Shown one piece after another: positions 1 to 52,174 of a DNA stretch of 64,000 nt. The stretch spans positions 21,204,001-21,268,000 of the forward strand of contig OX597841.1 in the NCBI GenBank assembly GCA_951406725.2, written 5' to 3'. Origin of the DNA: Octopus vulgaris (Eukaryota). How positions within the stretch are numbered: the stretch's first letter is position 1; every line of letters begins with the position of its first letter. The position numbers and the translations under genes were made by a program. The notes beneath the pieces are model-generated. The model was not told the origin of the DNA, did no database searches, and worked only from the letters and a program-made list of their open reading frames with translations.

Positions 1-728
1 ATTATTATTATTATATAATTAATTTTTAAAATCAGTAATCCATGGGCCCTATATTTTATATACAGCTCCAATTGTCATTTACCGTTGCCTCATTCGAGAA
101 AAGATCCGTCTGCAGGAGAGGCATGGATGGACAATACAGTTTATACTCAACATTTTAGATACAAGTTTATTACTTGTTCAAATATGTTTCTGGAATATTC
201 GAATTCGTAACAAAGCCATTCACTGTGTTTTGTCATGGAGAAAATTTCTCGCTGTAGACAAAGGGTGTAGATACACAAAAATCAGCTCACGGCGCCACCT
301 ACCCAGACTGTGAGATGTAAGCATTTCGAAGTGGTTAGCTCTTCAGTCACAGAAACCAGACAGGGGGCGCTGTGAGATGATAAGAGAGATTGTTTCTCGT
401 ATGCTATTCCCGCCATCGTACAATGACTGGTTGCGCTAATCGGCGGTTAACCGTAAAACAAATTGCGAGGTGCACAGTGTACCACACATGAGGTGTTGAA
501 GTGGTGGCAAAGCAACACGAGATGAAGTGCTTTGCTCAAGAACACAACACAGCACCCGGTAAAGGAAGTGAATTCACAAAATTGCTTCCATTTCCTTTTC
601 TTTCCAAGTAAATATGACTGCAATGAATCTAATGAAAATCTTCAATAATCAATTCTATATTACACAGAAATTATTTTTTGGGCAAAAATAGTAAGCAAAC
701 TGGACTCTTCTACCTTTCACAAGAGATG

Positions 729-759
<31 letters not shown>

Positions 760-769
760 TGTATGTATG

Positions 770-1160
<391 letters not shown>

Positions 1161-1237
1161 TTATTTTAATGTGAGCAGTAGAAAGAGTTAGTAAGTAATA
1201 AGAATATAACAATAGAAGAGAAGAAGCGTTCACTAAC

Positions 1238-40903
<39,666 letters not shown>

Positions 40904-41203
40904 CTTTAACATAAAGATGAGTTTATAAAAAAGGGGGTAGAACAGATTTGAGATAAAATATTAAATATTGGTTTAAAATTTCAGTACAAGGACAGCAATT
41001 CCGGGGGAGGGGCAAATCCACTACATTGGGTCCAGTGTGAAACTGGTACTCATTTATTGACTCCGAAATGAAAGGAATGGCTTGTCTCGGCAGTCGAGGA
41101 GGAGGGAGAGGAAGAGGAGGTGGTGGAGGAAGAGCTGGAGCAAGAGGAGAAAATGGTGATGAGGTGGATAAAAAGGATACATGTTAAAGAATAAAAAGAA
41201 AAA

Positions 41204-41253
<50 letters not shown>

Positions 41254-41487
41254 TAATAATAATGATAATTAATAATAATAATAATTAATAATAATAATGA
41301 TAATTAATAATAATTATAACAATAATAATAATAATAATAATAATTAATAATAATAATAATAATAAATAATAATAACAATAATATTAATAATTAATAATAA
41401 TAATATTAATTAATAATAATAATAATTATTATTATTATTATTAATAATAATAATAATATTATTAATAATAATAACAATAACAGTAAC

Positions 41488-41592
<105 letters not shown>

Positions 41593-41709
41593 AAGAAGAA
41601 GAAGAAGAAGAAGAAGAAGAAGAAGAAGAAGAAGAAGAAGAATGGAAGTGAAAAGTAGATGGACGGAGACTGAATTTTGTTCAGAGATATATGCCCTCAT
41701 ACACATTCT

Positions 41710-41809
41710 NNNNNNNNNNNNNNNNNNNNNNNNNNNNNNNNNNNNNNNNNNNNNNNNNNNNNNNNNNNNNNNNNNNNNNNNNNNNNNNNNNNNNNNNNNN
41801 NNNNNNNNN
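41710..41809. other. Assembly/scaffold gap (100 N)
   Basis: Run of exactly 100 n. Confidence 0.99.
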
Positions 41810-41919
41810 TGGCTGGGCAGACAGATAAATGGGTCAACCGGGCAGAGAGATGGACAAACAGACAGACAGACAGAGGACATTGCTTCTGTAACAGAAATGA
41901 ATTGTGGTGGAATAGGAGA

Positions 41920-41965
<46 letters not shown>

Positions 41966-42891
41966 TGTGAGGGAGAGTGAGAGAGACGGACAGGTGTACA
42001 GAATGTATGCAATTAGATAGAGAGGAGGGAAGAGCATGTGGGGTGGAGGTGGTAGGTGTAGTACAGTTGAGAAAGAGAAAAAGAGAGAGTAGTAGTAGTA
42101 GTAGTAGTAGTAATAGTAGTAGATTGTTAGTGTGATGATTTCCGTGAACGATCAGATGGCCATGAGTATGATGATGATGATGATACCATGTAGCTTACAC
42201 TATTCTATGCAGAACAACGTTTGCGTCACCCCTGGCATTGCTAGACACAGCAGTTAAATCTACCTCGTTTATAGCTTACTGTCTGAAACGGGGACAGGTA
42301 CATTATGTAGCAGAGACCTACATGTATTATTTCATGAAAACATAAACAAAATTTTTTAAATAAAAATAAAAATAATAAAAAGCGGTGGTCACAGTCGGAG
42401 TGCCTTTGATCATGGGTCTGTTTGCTTTCTCAGTGCTGAGCTGGGACCAAGCAACCACTATTACTGTCCTTACAAGTTTGTGTATATAAGTGAGTGTGTG
42501 TGTGTGTGTGTGTGTAAAAACATATATATAAGATCCAAGAATCAAGGTGTAGGGAAAAGGTTAGCTTCAAGCAATCCATAGTAAATATAAAATGGTGGTT
42601 TATTGAGACGGAATGTTGTGCATCTTTTTCTTATTGAAGTATGATAAATTGAAAAAAGTTCTTTTTATATTTCACTGTAGGCAACCAGGGTTGCCAGGTG
42701 TGCGAATAAGCATACAAGAGTTAAGGGATCTCTTCCTTTTGAACGGCAGATCCGGGGCTGGCAAGAAATGTACACACATGTGGAACCCAAAAACGTCACA
42801 AAAATGTAAGCCTAGAGACTTAACGAACTGTTTCCTTTTTCCTTTCATTTCCCTACTTCTCCTGTCTATATTCCCCCAATAAACTCTAAAC

Positions 42892-42970
42892 CATTCTGAC
42901 GATGTTTGTTAAATGGAACGAGGTAAATGCAAATTTACTTCGAAATAACAAAGTGAAACAGCTGTAAATG
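42892..42970 (+). ncRNA. Type I hammerhead ribozyme-like motif (Penelope-type)
   Basis: catt-CTGACGA-[long stem II]-GAAACAGCTGTA-aatg; palindromic stem III; two mismatches at base of stem II. Confidence 0.55.
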
Positions 42971-43602
42971 TTCTTGAACTACAATTAAACTGTGACCTTT
43001 TAATACCGATGATCAACTTCTAATTGTTAATTGTTGCTCCATTTCTTTTCTTATCTGAATATATATATATATATATCATCATCATCGTTTAACGTCCGTT
43101 CTCCATGCTAGCATGGGTTGGACGGTTTGACCGGGGATCTGGGAAGCCAGAAGGCTGCACCAGGCTCCAGTCTTATCTGGCAATGTTTCTACAGCTGGAT
43201 GCCCTTCCTAACGCCAACCACTCCGTGAGTGTAGTGGGTGCTTTTTACGTGCCACCTGCACAGGTGCCAGGCGAGGCTGGCAACGGCCACGGTCGGATTG
43301 GTGTATTTTATGTGCCACCAGCACGGAAGCCAGTCGAGGCGGCGCTGGCATCGGCCACGAGTCGGATAGTGCTTTTTACGTACCACCAGACCAGGGATCC
43401 TGGCTGGTTCAATTCGATTTCGCTTTCGCTTGCCCCAACATGTCTTCGCAAGCAAAGGGGGTTAGCATGGGTGCCTGTTGTACGGTCGGATTGGTGTATT
43501 TTACATGCCACCGGCACGTAAAATATATATATATAAATTCAGGGTGAATACTTGATAAACGTAAGCACCTGTATATGCCAGCTAGTAGCATAGGTGAGAG
43601 GA

Positions 43603-43884
43603 TATATGTATCAAATGAAAAAAAAATGAAAAACAGGACACAAAGGATGTTGCGGTACATATGTTTCGAGCTTTATAGAACAACTTATTCTTACATCAAT
43701 GCATAATCGACATAACAGATAGTTCAAAAGCCCTCTTGGTGTAGCAATTGCATGCGGCTGAAGAGGGCTTTTGAACTATCTGTTATGTCGATTATGCATT
43801 GATGTAAGAATAAGTTCTTCTATAAAGCTCGAAACATATGTACCGCAACATCCTTTGTGTCCTGTTTTTCATTTGATACATATA
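43603..43884. mobile_element. Penelope-like pLTR fold-back inverted repeat (arms about 43624-43737 / 43761-43874)
   Basis: Near-perfect ~114-bp inverted repeat overlapping the hammerhead motif. Confidence 0.65.
43753..43847 (+). ncRNA. Type I hammerhead ribozyme motif (Penelope-type), intact core
   Basis: tgcgg-CTGAAGA-gggcttt...aaagctc-GAAACATATGTA-ccgca; stem I 5 bp, stem II 7 bp closed by G-C, palindromic stem III, GUA site. Confidence 0.75.
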
Positions 43885-43886
43885 TA

Positions 43887-44017
43887 CAGGGTGTCCCCAA
43901 AAAATGTATACACACCTTAAATAATTGTAAATTTGTTATTCTTTGTAAGCCTAGTACTTATTCTATCGTTCTCTTTTGCCGAACCACTATGTGTATACAT
44001 TTTTTAGGGACACCCTG
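43887..44017. mobile_element. Tc1/mariner-type MITE with an internal SINE fragment
   Basis: TIR cagggtgtccc...gggacaccctg, TA flanks. Confidence 0.7.
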
Positions 44018-45904
44018 TATGTATATATATATATGCATAGGATATGTAAGAAGTCACATCAGTGTCTACTGACTGACTGATGCTGAGGCTCAACAAAGAG
44101 GCTTCAACATAGGTCATTCCATCTGCTGAAAATAGCAGCTTCAAACTATGCCCCACCACCTTAAATAAACAATATACTGGACGATGTGGTTATGATTGGA
44201 ACAGCTTCTGTCAAAGGTGTCTTTTTGATCAAAGCTGATCTAGGGATAAAAACCAAGCAGCAAATTTAGTTTAGGCCAACCAAGAAAAGCGAAGGTCGAT
44301 TTTTTTTTTTTTCTTTTTTCTTTTAATTACTGATTGACTTCAGCAAATGGTGACTCCAACTTTGAAGAATTTACACTTAAAAACTTACAAAATCTACAAG
44401 CTTGTCTTTGCTTGAATCACAAAGATTTTCAAAATGTCTTTCAAAATATTCCAGTGGCATGATTTAACACATTGGCTTCCAAGCCTCATTTTACGTTTTA
44501 TCCCAGGTTCCCAATGTACCTTAATTATACCTTAATTAATTTTGACATGAGCGGCATAATATTTTGACACTATACCATGTTTGAGGCAAGAGTCACACAG
44601 GCAGTGTTAGATACTCACATCCCACTGGAGGGTCGTGTGGTACCCTAGTTCATATCACATCCTAGATAGCACATGACCTACCTGTGGTCACTTAAAAATT
44701 TGGGGTAGTTTCCTTGGGAAGATCTCAAAATCTTTTCAAAAAGAACTATTTTGGTTTCAATGGCAAATAAAATTTTCTCAATAATGAAAAACAAAAAAAA
44801 TATACAAAATCCATAAAAAATTCTTCTCGGTGTAGGAAAAGCACAAATCAAAGCAATCGGAGCATTCCAGCTCTCGGAAAGCCCTTAGGAAAGCAATTCA
44901 AAAGAATGACCTACTGGTGGGTTTGCTAACATACAACCACGACCCGCCAGCAAGATGTGTGGGAGCCAACGTGTTAAAGAGAATGCAAAATGGAAACATG
45001 TCCCTGAATTGATTGAAAATACATAAGTATAAAGCAGTAGTTTTTACATGTCAACTGACAACATTTCCAGTCTACATGTAAACCAATTAAAGTTACATAA
45101 CAAACGTTAATGCTCCTCTTGAGAAGTATTAATTGAAAACAGTGTGGGAAAAATAATATATTTGACAGACAATTCTAAAAGCTAAAGGGTGACCTCGTAC
45201 TCCATCGGTTACGAGGACAAGGGTTCCAGATGATCCGATCAACGGAACCCTTGACCTCGTACTCCACCGGTTATGAGGACAAGGGTTCCAGATGATCCAA
45301 TCAATGGAACAGCCTATTCATGAAATAAATATGCAAGTGACTGAGCGCTCCACAGACATGCATACTTTTAATGCAGCTCTCAAGGAGATTCAGCATGTTA
45401 GAGAAATGTGACAATCCTGACCACTTTGAATTACCGGTACAATCCGTTTTTGTCAGCTGAGTGGACTGGAGCAATGTGAAACAAAGAGTCTTGCTCAAGG
45501 ACACAACACGCTACCGGGGATTGAACTTACAACCTTATGATCCTGAGCCAAATACCCTAACCACTAAGCCACATGTTAAGGGTTCAGGAATTTATAAAGG
45601 ACTATGAATTCCTTAAAGGGTTAAGGAACATATAAAACCTCTTTCCTCTCTACTATATCCCATTTTAGATAACGCTGCATTTTTTTCGTCTGGCAAGTTC
45701 CCTTAGTGCCAGTATCACTGAAAAAAGGCACTTAGTGCACTCCATAAAGTGACCGGCATCCGGAGGGGCATCCAGCCATAAGACCAATGCCTGGACGGTT
45801 ACTGGAGCATGACGCTGTCCTCCAGCTTATCAGATCCTGTTAAATCATCCAACTTATGCCAGAATAGAAGATAAGCATTTAATAATATTGATGGTTCTCA
45901 ATTT

Positions 45905-46260
45905 TTTAATGACTTAGTTACTTAAATCAGAAGCTTTTTTTAATAGCCCGATCACCAAGGGTTATATTTTAATGGCTTGGTCACAGAATGATGTTATATT
46001 TTTAATGGCCCGATCACCAAGTGTTATATTTTAATGGCTTGGACACAGAATGATGTTATATTTTTAATGGCCTGATCACCAAGGGTTATATTTTAATGAC
46101 TTGGTCACCGATTGATGTTATATTTTTAATGGCCTGGTCACCAAGGGTTATATTTTAATGGCTTGGTCACAGAATGATGTTATATTTTTTAATGGCCCGG
46201 TCACCAAGGGTTATATTTTAATGGCTTGGTCACCAGGTGATGTTATATTTTTAATAGGTT
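45905..46260. repeat. ~62-bp dimeric minisatellite, about 5 copies
   Basis: tttaatggcccgatcaccaagggttatattttaatggcttggtcacagaatgatgttatat. Confidence 0.85.
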
Positions 46261-46790
46261 ACCCACTAGTATTAGAAGAAAATTTTTTTTTAATAAGTTA
46301 GTTAACTTATTAATGGGTTCAGTCCCACTGCGTGGCACCTTGGGCAAGTGTCTTCTACTATAGCCTCGGGCCGACCAATGCCTTGTGAGTGGATTTGGTA
46401 GACGGAAACTGAAAGAAGCCTGTCGTATATATGTATGTGTGTGTGTCTGTGTTTGTCTCCCTAGCATTGCTTGACAACCGATGCTGGTGTGTTTACGTCC
46501 CCGTCACTTAGCGGTTCGGCAAAAGAGACTGATAGAATAAGTACTGGGCTTACAAAGAATAAGTCCCAGGGTCGATTTGCTCGACTAAAGGCGGTGCTCC
46601 AGCATGGCCACAGTCAAATGACTGAAACAAGTGAAAAGAGAAAAAAGAGAAAGAGAGAACTGTATCAGAAGTTATTTTCTAATATCTTAGTCACCGGCAA
46701 TTCTGTTTTAATGGCTTAATCCTAAATATCACCTGTGGTCGCCATTGTTGAGTAACGACCAACAGGTTATGACTTTTTCTTTTTTCTTTT

Positions 46791-48270
46791 ACTAGTACTG
46801 ATAGTCATATTTTAATGGCATAGTCACTGGTACTAATAATAGTATTTTAAGGGCATAGTCACTGGTACTAAATGCAATTATTTTTAATGCCATAGCTACT
46901 AGTACTGATAGACATATTTTAAGAGCATAATCACTGGTACTAAATGCAATTATTTTTAATGCCATAGCTACTAGTACTGATAGACATATTTTAAGAGCAT
47001 AATCACTGGTACTAAATGCAATTATTTTTAATGCCATAGCTACTAGTACTGATAGACATATTTTAAGGGCATAGTCACTGGTACTAAATGCAATTATTTT
47101 TAATGCCATAGCTACTAGTACTGATAGACATATTTTAAGGGCATAGTCACTGGTACTAAATGCAATTATTTTTAATGCCATAGCTACTAGTACTGATAGA
47201 CATATTTTAAGGGCATAGTCACTGGTACTAAATGCAATTATTTTTAATGCCATAGCTACTAGTACTGATAGACATATTTTAAGGGCATAGTCACTGGTAC
47301 TAAATGCAATTATTTTTAATGCCATAGCTACTAGTACTGATAGACATATTTTAAGGGCATAGTCACTGGTACTAAATGCAATTATTTTTAATGCCATAGC
47401 TACTAGTACTGATAGACATATTTTAAGGGCATAGTCACTGGTACTAAATGCAATTATTTTTAATGCCATAACTACTAGTACTGATAGACATATTTTAAGG
47501 GCATAGTCACTGGTACTAAATGCAATTATTTTTAATGCCATAGCTACTAGTACTGATAGACATATTTTAAGAGCATAGTCACTGGTACTAAATGCAATTA
47601 TTTTTAATGCCATAGCTACTAGTACTGATAGACATATTTTAAGAGCATAGTCACTGGTACTAAATGCAATTATTTTTAATGCCATAGCTACTAGTACTGA
47701 TAGACATATTTTAAGAGCATAATCACTGGTACTACTAAATGCAATTATTTTTAATGCCATAGCTACTAGTACTGATAGACATATTTTAAGGGCATAGTCA
47801 CTGGTACTAAATGCAATTATTTTTAATGCCATAGCTACTAGTACTGATAGACATATTTTAAGGGCATAGTCACTGGTACTAAATGCAATTATTTTTAATG
47901 CCATAGCTACTAGTACTGATAGACATATTTTAAGGGCATAGTCACTGGTACTAAATGCAATTATTTTTAATGCCATAGCTACTAGTACTGATAGACATAT
48001 TTTAAGGGCATAGTCACTGGTACTAAATGCAATTATTTTTAATGCCATAGCTACTAGTTCTGATAGACATATTTTAAGGGCATAGTCACTGGTACTAAAT
48101 GCAATTATTTTTAATGCCATAGCTACTAGTTCTGATAGACATATTTTAAGGGCATAGTCACTGGTACTAAATGCAATTATTTTTAATGCCATAGCTACTA
48201 GTACTGATAGACATATTTTAAGAGCATAATCACTGATACTAAATGCTATTACTTTTAATGGTATAATCAC
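46791..48270. repeat. 72-bp tandem satellite, about 20 near-identical copies (35+37-bp subunits)
   Basis: actagtactgatagacatattttaagggcatagtc-actggtactaaatgcaattatttttaatgccatagct. Confidence 0.95.
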
Positions 48271-48771
48271 TTAGCCTGGAAGTTAAGTTTTAATGGCTCA
48301 GTGACCCAAGTTAGGGAAGTGCCCATGACTTTTTGCAGGGATACTGAAAATGGTGGTGAATGGAGACAAGAATCCGTGGAACAGAAACTAACAAAGCGGG
48401 CTCTACTAAAAGGGCTGTCAATGACATGGTGGTGATGGTGTTGATGGTGGTGGGTGTTAAACCGGGTGATACGTTGGTCCCCGTATGCTATTACAACGTG
48501 TTGTTATTTAGGTGAATCATGTAGAGATTGCATTTTTGAAGGATAAAATGTTTTTCTCTGTTCCACCCTGCCTTCCCACCGTCATTTCAAATGAGATGAG
48601 AGAAAAAAAAAATCCGATATGCAAATGTGGATGCTAATGAAACCAATGAAAATTGTAGCAGTTTAATCAAATAATTTGACCTCAGCAGAATTTGAACTCA
48701 GAACATAACAACAGATGAAATACCACTAGACATTTCATCCAGTGCGCTAACAATCCTGCCAGCTCACTGCC

Positions 48772-48849
<78 letters not shown>

Positions 48850-49298
48850 TTAACAATAATAACAATAATAATAATAATTATAATCATCATCATCATCATC
48901 ATCGTTTAGCGTCCGCTTTCCATGCTTGCATGGGTTGGATGGTTCAACTGGGGTCTGGGAAGCCAGGAGGCTGCACCAGGCCCAGTCTGATCTGGCAATG
49001 TTTCTACGGCTGGATGCCCTTCCTAACGCCAACCACTCCGAGAGTGTAGTGGGTGCTTTTTATGTGCTACCTGCACAGGTGCCAGACGAGGCTGGCAAAC
49101 GGCCACGAACGGATGGTGCTTTTTATGTGCCACCAGCACGGGGGCCAGGCGAATAATAATTATAATAATAATAATCATAATGATAATAATTATAATAATA
49201 ATAATAATAATAATAATTATAATAATAATAATAATAATAATAATTATAATAATAATAATAATAATAATAATGTTAATAATAATAATAATAATTATTAT

Positions 49299-49394
<96 letters not shown>

Positions 49395-49816
49395 TTCTGA
49401 TTTTGGTACAAGACCAACAATTTTTCAGGGATGGGTTTACTTGACACTACTGACCCCAGTACCTAAACTGGTACTTTGTTTTATCAACCCTGGAGGGATG
49501 AAAGGCAAATCCGACCTTGGTAGGATTTGAACTCAGAATGTAAAGGGCTGGAAGAAATACTACAAGGTATTATTATTCTGTCCAGCAGTCTTTGCCATTT
49601 CTTTATTGATTCATTTTTTATCGATGATTTGAAAGAGGATAATGAAAAGGAAACTGAGATATAATTAGCATGATGTAATTAGTAGTAATTAAGATGTCAA
49701 TGATGATGATAATGACAATAACAATAATAATAAATATTGTAATGATAATAATAATAATATTAATAATAATAGTAATAATAATAATAGTAATAATAATAAT
49801 AGTAATAATAATAATA

Positions 49817-49851
<35 letters not shown>

Positions 49852-50041
49852 TATAATAATAATAATATTTTAATACTTTTAACTTGTTGAGTATAAATAA
49901 TTAACATGGAACTTTTCAAGTCAGATCAGTTCAATATATATATGTGTGTGTGTGTGTTTTTATATATATATATATATGTGTATATATATATATATGTATA
50001 TATATATGTGTGTACATATATATATGTATATATATGTACAC

Positions 50042-50074
<33 letters not shown>

Positions 50075-50143
50075 TATATGTACATATATATATATGTACA
50101 CACACACACATATATATATATATATGTACATATATATATATGT

Positions 50144-50190
<47 letters not shown>

Positions 50191-50302
50191 CAAGAGCTGT
50201 AGAATGAGCAGTAGTAATAGTAGCTATAGTAAAACTAAACAATAAAAAGATAATTTAAGAAGAAAAAGATAATTGTTTTTTAACTTTTGTCTCTATACAT
50301 AC

Positions 50303-50415
50303 ATCTGTTGGTGTTTGGACATCTCTCCCTCGCTGTCCAGCAGGCCATTGGTGTTGGCACTTTTTACCATCTGGACAAGAATAGGGGTCAGTTTGCCTTC
50401 CAGAGCCAGCAAACC
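50303..50415 (-). CDS. PPIP5K: PPIP5K exon [37 protein letters not shown]
   Basis: tttcag acceptor, GTATGT donor, 113 nt. Confidence 0.93.
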
Positions 50416-52130
50416 CTGAAAACATTATTTAGAAGAGAGCATTAGGGAAAAAAAAAAATACAAAATAAACAAAATAAGCGCAGAATTTTCGAATGGTGGA
50501 ACAGTAGACCTTGGAGTACATAAACCAGGTTGAAAAACTCAAAAGTCTTTGGGATAGAAAAGGTTGAAGGCTGTCTGCAGGGCTTGAACCCACGTCTATA
50601 GACATTACAGGAGTTCTACTATTTGACCACAGCAATCCATCAAATTTCTCTAATCGTTTTATAAACTTTATTTTAACCAGTGAGATTCGTATGCTGTTGA
50701 CATCGTAAGAATTTATGAACTTTTGACGGACCGTCAAATAATTCTTTGTCATAGGCACAGACATGGCTGTGTGGTGAGAAGCTTGTTTTCCAACCACATG
50801 GTTCATGGTTCAGTCCCACTGTGTGGCACCTTGGTCTTCTATAGCCTCAGGCCAACCAAAGCCTTGGAAGTGGATTTGGTAGACGGAAACTGAAAGAAGC
50901 CCATCATGCATGTGTGTGTGTTTCCCCACCACTGCTTAACAACTGGTGTTGGTCTGTTTGTGTTCCCGTAGGAACCAAAAAAAAAATTTACCATCATCTT
51001 TCCGCATTTTAATCCATTTTTCGCTCGGTTTTAGATAAGGGAAGTAACTCTCTAAAAATGCTTATATAGTTATTTCCCTTACAAACCTGAGCAACGCCAG
51101 GCGATACTGCTAGTTACTTAATATATGTAAAACTATATATATTCATCATCATCATCATCATCATCGTTTAACGTCCGCTTTCCATGCTGGCATGGGTTGG
51201 ACGGTTCAACTGGGGTCTTGGAAGCCAGGAGGCTGCACCAGGCCCAGTCTGATCTGGCAGTGTTTCTACAGCTGGATGCCCTTCCTAACGCCAACCACTC
51301 CAAGAGTGTAGTGGGTGCTTTATATATATATATATGCATATTTTTTCCATGCTAGCACGAGTTGGACGGTTTGACCGGGTTCTGGGAAGCCAGGAGGCTG
51401 CACCAGGCTCAAATCTGATCTCACAGAGTTTCTACAGCTGGATGCCCTTCCTAACGCCAACCACTCCGAGAGTGTAGTGGGTGCTTTATATATATATATA
51501 TGCATATTTTTTCCATGCAAGCACGAGTTGGACGGTTTGACCGGGGTCTGGGAAGCCAGGAGGCTGCACCAGGCTCCAATCTGATCTGGCACTGTTTCTA
51601 CAGCTGGATGCCCTTCCTAACGCCAACCACTCCGAGAGTGTAGTGGGTGCTGAGTCTTTATGAACCATTTGACTTTTCGACCAATAGATCAGCCCTGTTG
51701 TTTTTTAAGGGTTAAGATGAGAGAGATGCTACATACCTTAGCAAAAGCAGCTGCTGTCATTTGAACTCGACCCTCATCGGAGGCATACATCTTGAGATCA
51801 TGACGAAATGTACTGTGGAGTCGCAGGAACCCGAGACCAGGGGCACCAAATTCTCCTGAAGCAAATAAAAGAGTAAAAAACAGATAAACCTTTTAGCATT
51901 TCATCTGGCCAGGTGTGGCCCAAATATGCACACAAATAAAAAAAAAGCAAATTTAGGCACATAGGTAGAGACACACACATATAGACATTAACACACACAC
52001 ACAGAATCATACAAAGACATGAAGACTGACACATACACACACACACCACATACTTACACACACAGAATCATACAAAAACATGAAGACTGACACAGACTCA
52101 CACATACACACACATACAAACAGACACACA

Positions 52131-52174
<44 letters not shown>

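Noticed and set aside
60-251. Possible next exon of the LRR gene (acceptor at 252-253)
   Set aside because: The required phase-1 frame reaches a stop within 10 codons with no evident donor, and no domain is recognisable
44389-44450. Candidate next PPIP5K exon ending at a GTAAGT donor
   Set aside because: The frames checked do not resemble the expected VK.RL.E....DF continuation
46792-48270. 492-aa ORF as a real protein, LRR gene or CRISPR array
   Set aside because: Pure 72-bp tandem repeat with no spacers and no LRR consensus; open only because the unit is a stop-free multiple of 3
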